64,000 nucleotides of DNA, taken from NCBI RefSeq assembly GCF_006345805.1, contig NC_043020.1:17980001-18044000 (forward strand). The letters run 5' to 3'. The DNA is from Octopus sinensis (lineage: Eukaryota). The notes beneath the pieces were generated by a model, which saw only the letters and a program-made list of their open reading frames with translations, was not told the DNA's origin and made no database searches. Position 1 is the first letter of the stretch; each line of letters opens with the position of its first letter. Shown here piece by piece: positions 62,011-64,000 of this stretch. A program made the position numbers and the translations under genes.

Positions 62011-64000
62011 GACTGACAGTTAATTTAAAATTTTAGCTCTGTAGTTTTCATCAGACTAAATCATATATATATAAAGTTGTTACATCAGTGTTTCCATGCC
62101 AACATGCATTAGAGTAATGGGGAATATAGCATCTTCCCACATGCCTAAAAGCTTTTGTGATGTAGTCTTTAACACATTTCTCTACAACAAGGTGTCCATA
62201 AATTATTTTTACAACCTCCGCAATTTATTGGATCTATTACAGTTGAAATCCATAATCAATTTCTTTGCATGTTAAATAAATATCATTGAAGTTTTAAGAT
62301 GTGTACTTTGTTTTGATATTGGTTTCTAATTTTTGCACAAGGCCAGCAATTTAGGGGGAGGGGTAAGTTGATTACTTCAACCCCAGTGTTCAACTGGTAC
62401 TTACTTTATCAACTCCAAAAGGATGAAAGGCAAAGTCAACCTCAGCACAATTTGAACTCAGAACATAAGGACTTTGTTTTAATATTTAAACCACTGCAGG
62501 ATAGAGTTTTAATATGATTGCAATATTTCAAGGTGACAACCTAGCAGAATTGTTAGCACATCAGGCAAAATGTTTTGCAGCATTTTGCTTATCTTTATGT
62601 TCTGAGTTCAAATTCCACTGAAGTCGACTTTGCCTTTCATCCGTCTGGGGCAATAAAATAAGTACCAGTTAAGTACTGGGGTTGATGTAACTGACTCACC
62701 CTTCCCCCAAAATTGCTGGCCTTGTGCCAAAATTTGAAACCAATATTTAAATCCCTTTCATTTGTCTTTAAAGGTGTTTATTATTTCCTTATTCTTCAAA
62801 TTGTAAATGGACATTCTGTATTTACTCTTTTACTTGTTTCAGTCATTTGACTGTGGCCATGCTGGAGCACCACCTTTAGTCGAGCAAATCGACCCCCAGA
62901 ACTTATTCTTTGTAAGCCTAGTACTTATTCTATCAGTTTATTTTGCTGAACCGCTAAGTTACAGGGACGTAAACACACCAGCATCGGTCGTCAAGCGATG
63001 ATGGGGGGGACAACCACAGACAGAAACATATACACACACACATACATACATATATATACAACGGGCTTCTTTCAGTTTCCATCTACCAAATCCACTCACA
63101 AGGCTTTGGTCAGCTTGAGGCTATAGTAGAAGACACTTGCCCAAGGTGTCACGCAGTGGGACTGAACAGCCAATCTTTTCTCATCTTTTTACAAACAATA
63201 TACAGTCATAAATACCGACCAACTTTATATTATAGACTACACTTGTTTCCAAAAAATAACACCATTGGCAAGCAAGTGATATTAGTCTCAGAGTGTTTTA
63301 CTAGTGCTTTAGTCATTGAGTCACATTAGCAGATTTTCTTGAAGTTAAGTTGACATCATCTAAATGAACACTCTTGGTGATAGTGGTCTGGAGTTGTGAG
63401 TCATAACAGATATTTTATGCTGATTTATTCCTTGTGATTCTCTAACTGTTCACTAATTCATACGCATGCATTGTGTTGGTTGGTTTATTAGCTTATTAGC
63501 ATCCACAGCTTCGTTGGTCACAGAGCTCTCTCTTCCTGGCACAGTAGTAATAATAACTACTGTTGGCTGATGACAAATTTGGTCTGATGCACAAAATTTT
63601 ACAATAGACATGCGTGCATTTATATATGTGTACATGAGTATTTCATTACATAAGCAACAATGTGCACATGCATATATACACACACACATGCATATATATA
63701 TCATCATCATCATCGTTTAACGTCCGCTTTCCATGCTAGCATGGGTTGAACGATTTGACTGAGGACTGGCAAACCAGAAGGCTGCACCAGACTCCAATCT
63801 GATCTGGCAGAGTTTCTACAGCTGGATGCCCTTCCTAACACCAACCACTCCGAGAGTGTAGTGGGTGCTTTTACGTTCCACTGGCACGAGGGCCAGTCTG
63901 GCGGTACTGGCAACGGCCACACTCGAAAATGGTGCTTTTTACGTGCCACCTGCACAGGAGTCAGTCCAGCGGCACTGGCAACAACCTCGCTTGAATGTTT

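Noticed and set aside
55449-64000. Further upstream REV3L exons
   Set aside because: No segment with convincing REV3L homology was found. The candidate at about 58780-58816 has splice-like ends but no recognisable peptide; this region of REV3L is poorly conserved, so exons may have been missed.
1-64000. CRISPR arrays or prokaryotic systems
   Set aside because: Eukaryotic intron-exon DNA; the repeats are microsatellites and transposons, not repeat-spacer arrays.

Overview
AT-rich, repeat-dense, intron-rich animal genomic DNA. The SINE/MITE landscape and gene structure suggest an octopus or other coleoid cephalopod (inference). Two convergent genes are partly present. The last five coding exons of a SETD4-like SET-domain methyltransferase lie on + (7-5722). 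The 3' nineteen coding exons of DNA polymerase zeta catalytic subunit REV3L lie on - (55448 to 19946); I traced every exon by hand with consistent splice phases. Between the genes, about 12 kb of Penelope-like retroelement (PLE) sequence from three families sits inside the (TA)n tract of one SINE. It is bounded by ~0.7-kb inverted repeats and carries four hammerhead-ribozyme (HHR) motifs, some degenerate. Other features are a solitary decayed 5S rRNA copy, mariner, maT-like and CR1/RTE remnants, an internally deleted piggyBac, MITEs, Helitron-like elements and many SINEs. Unexplained signals inside REV3L introns include a ~470-bp CpG/GATC-rich structured island, an inverted copy of a splice donor, an A12 splice acceptor, a tRNA-head/HHR composite and several near-perfect hairpins. 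All alignments and family assignments were made by eye or from memory; no searches were run. Most short ORFs in the supplied track are microsatellite or SINE artefacts.
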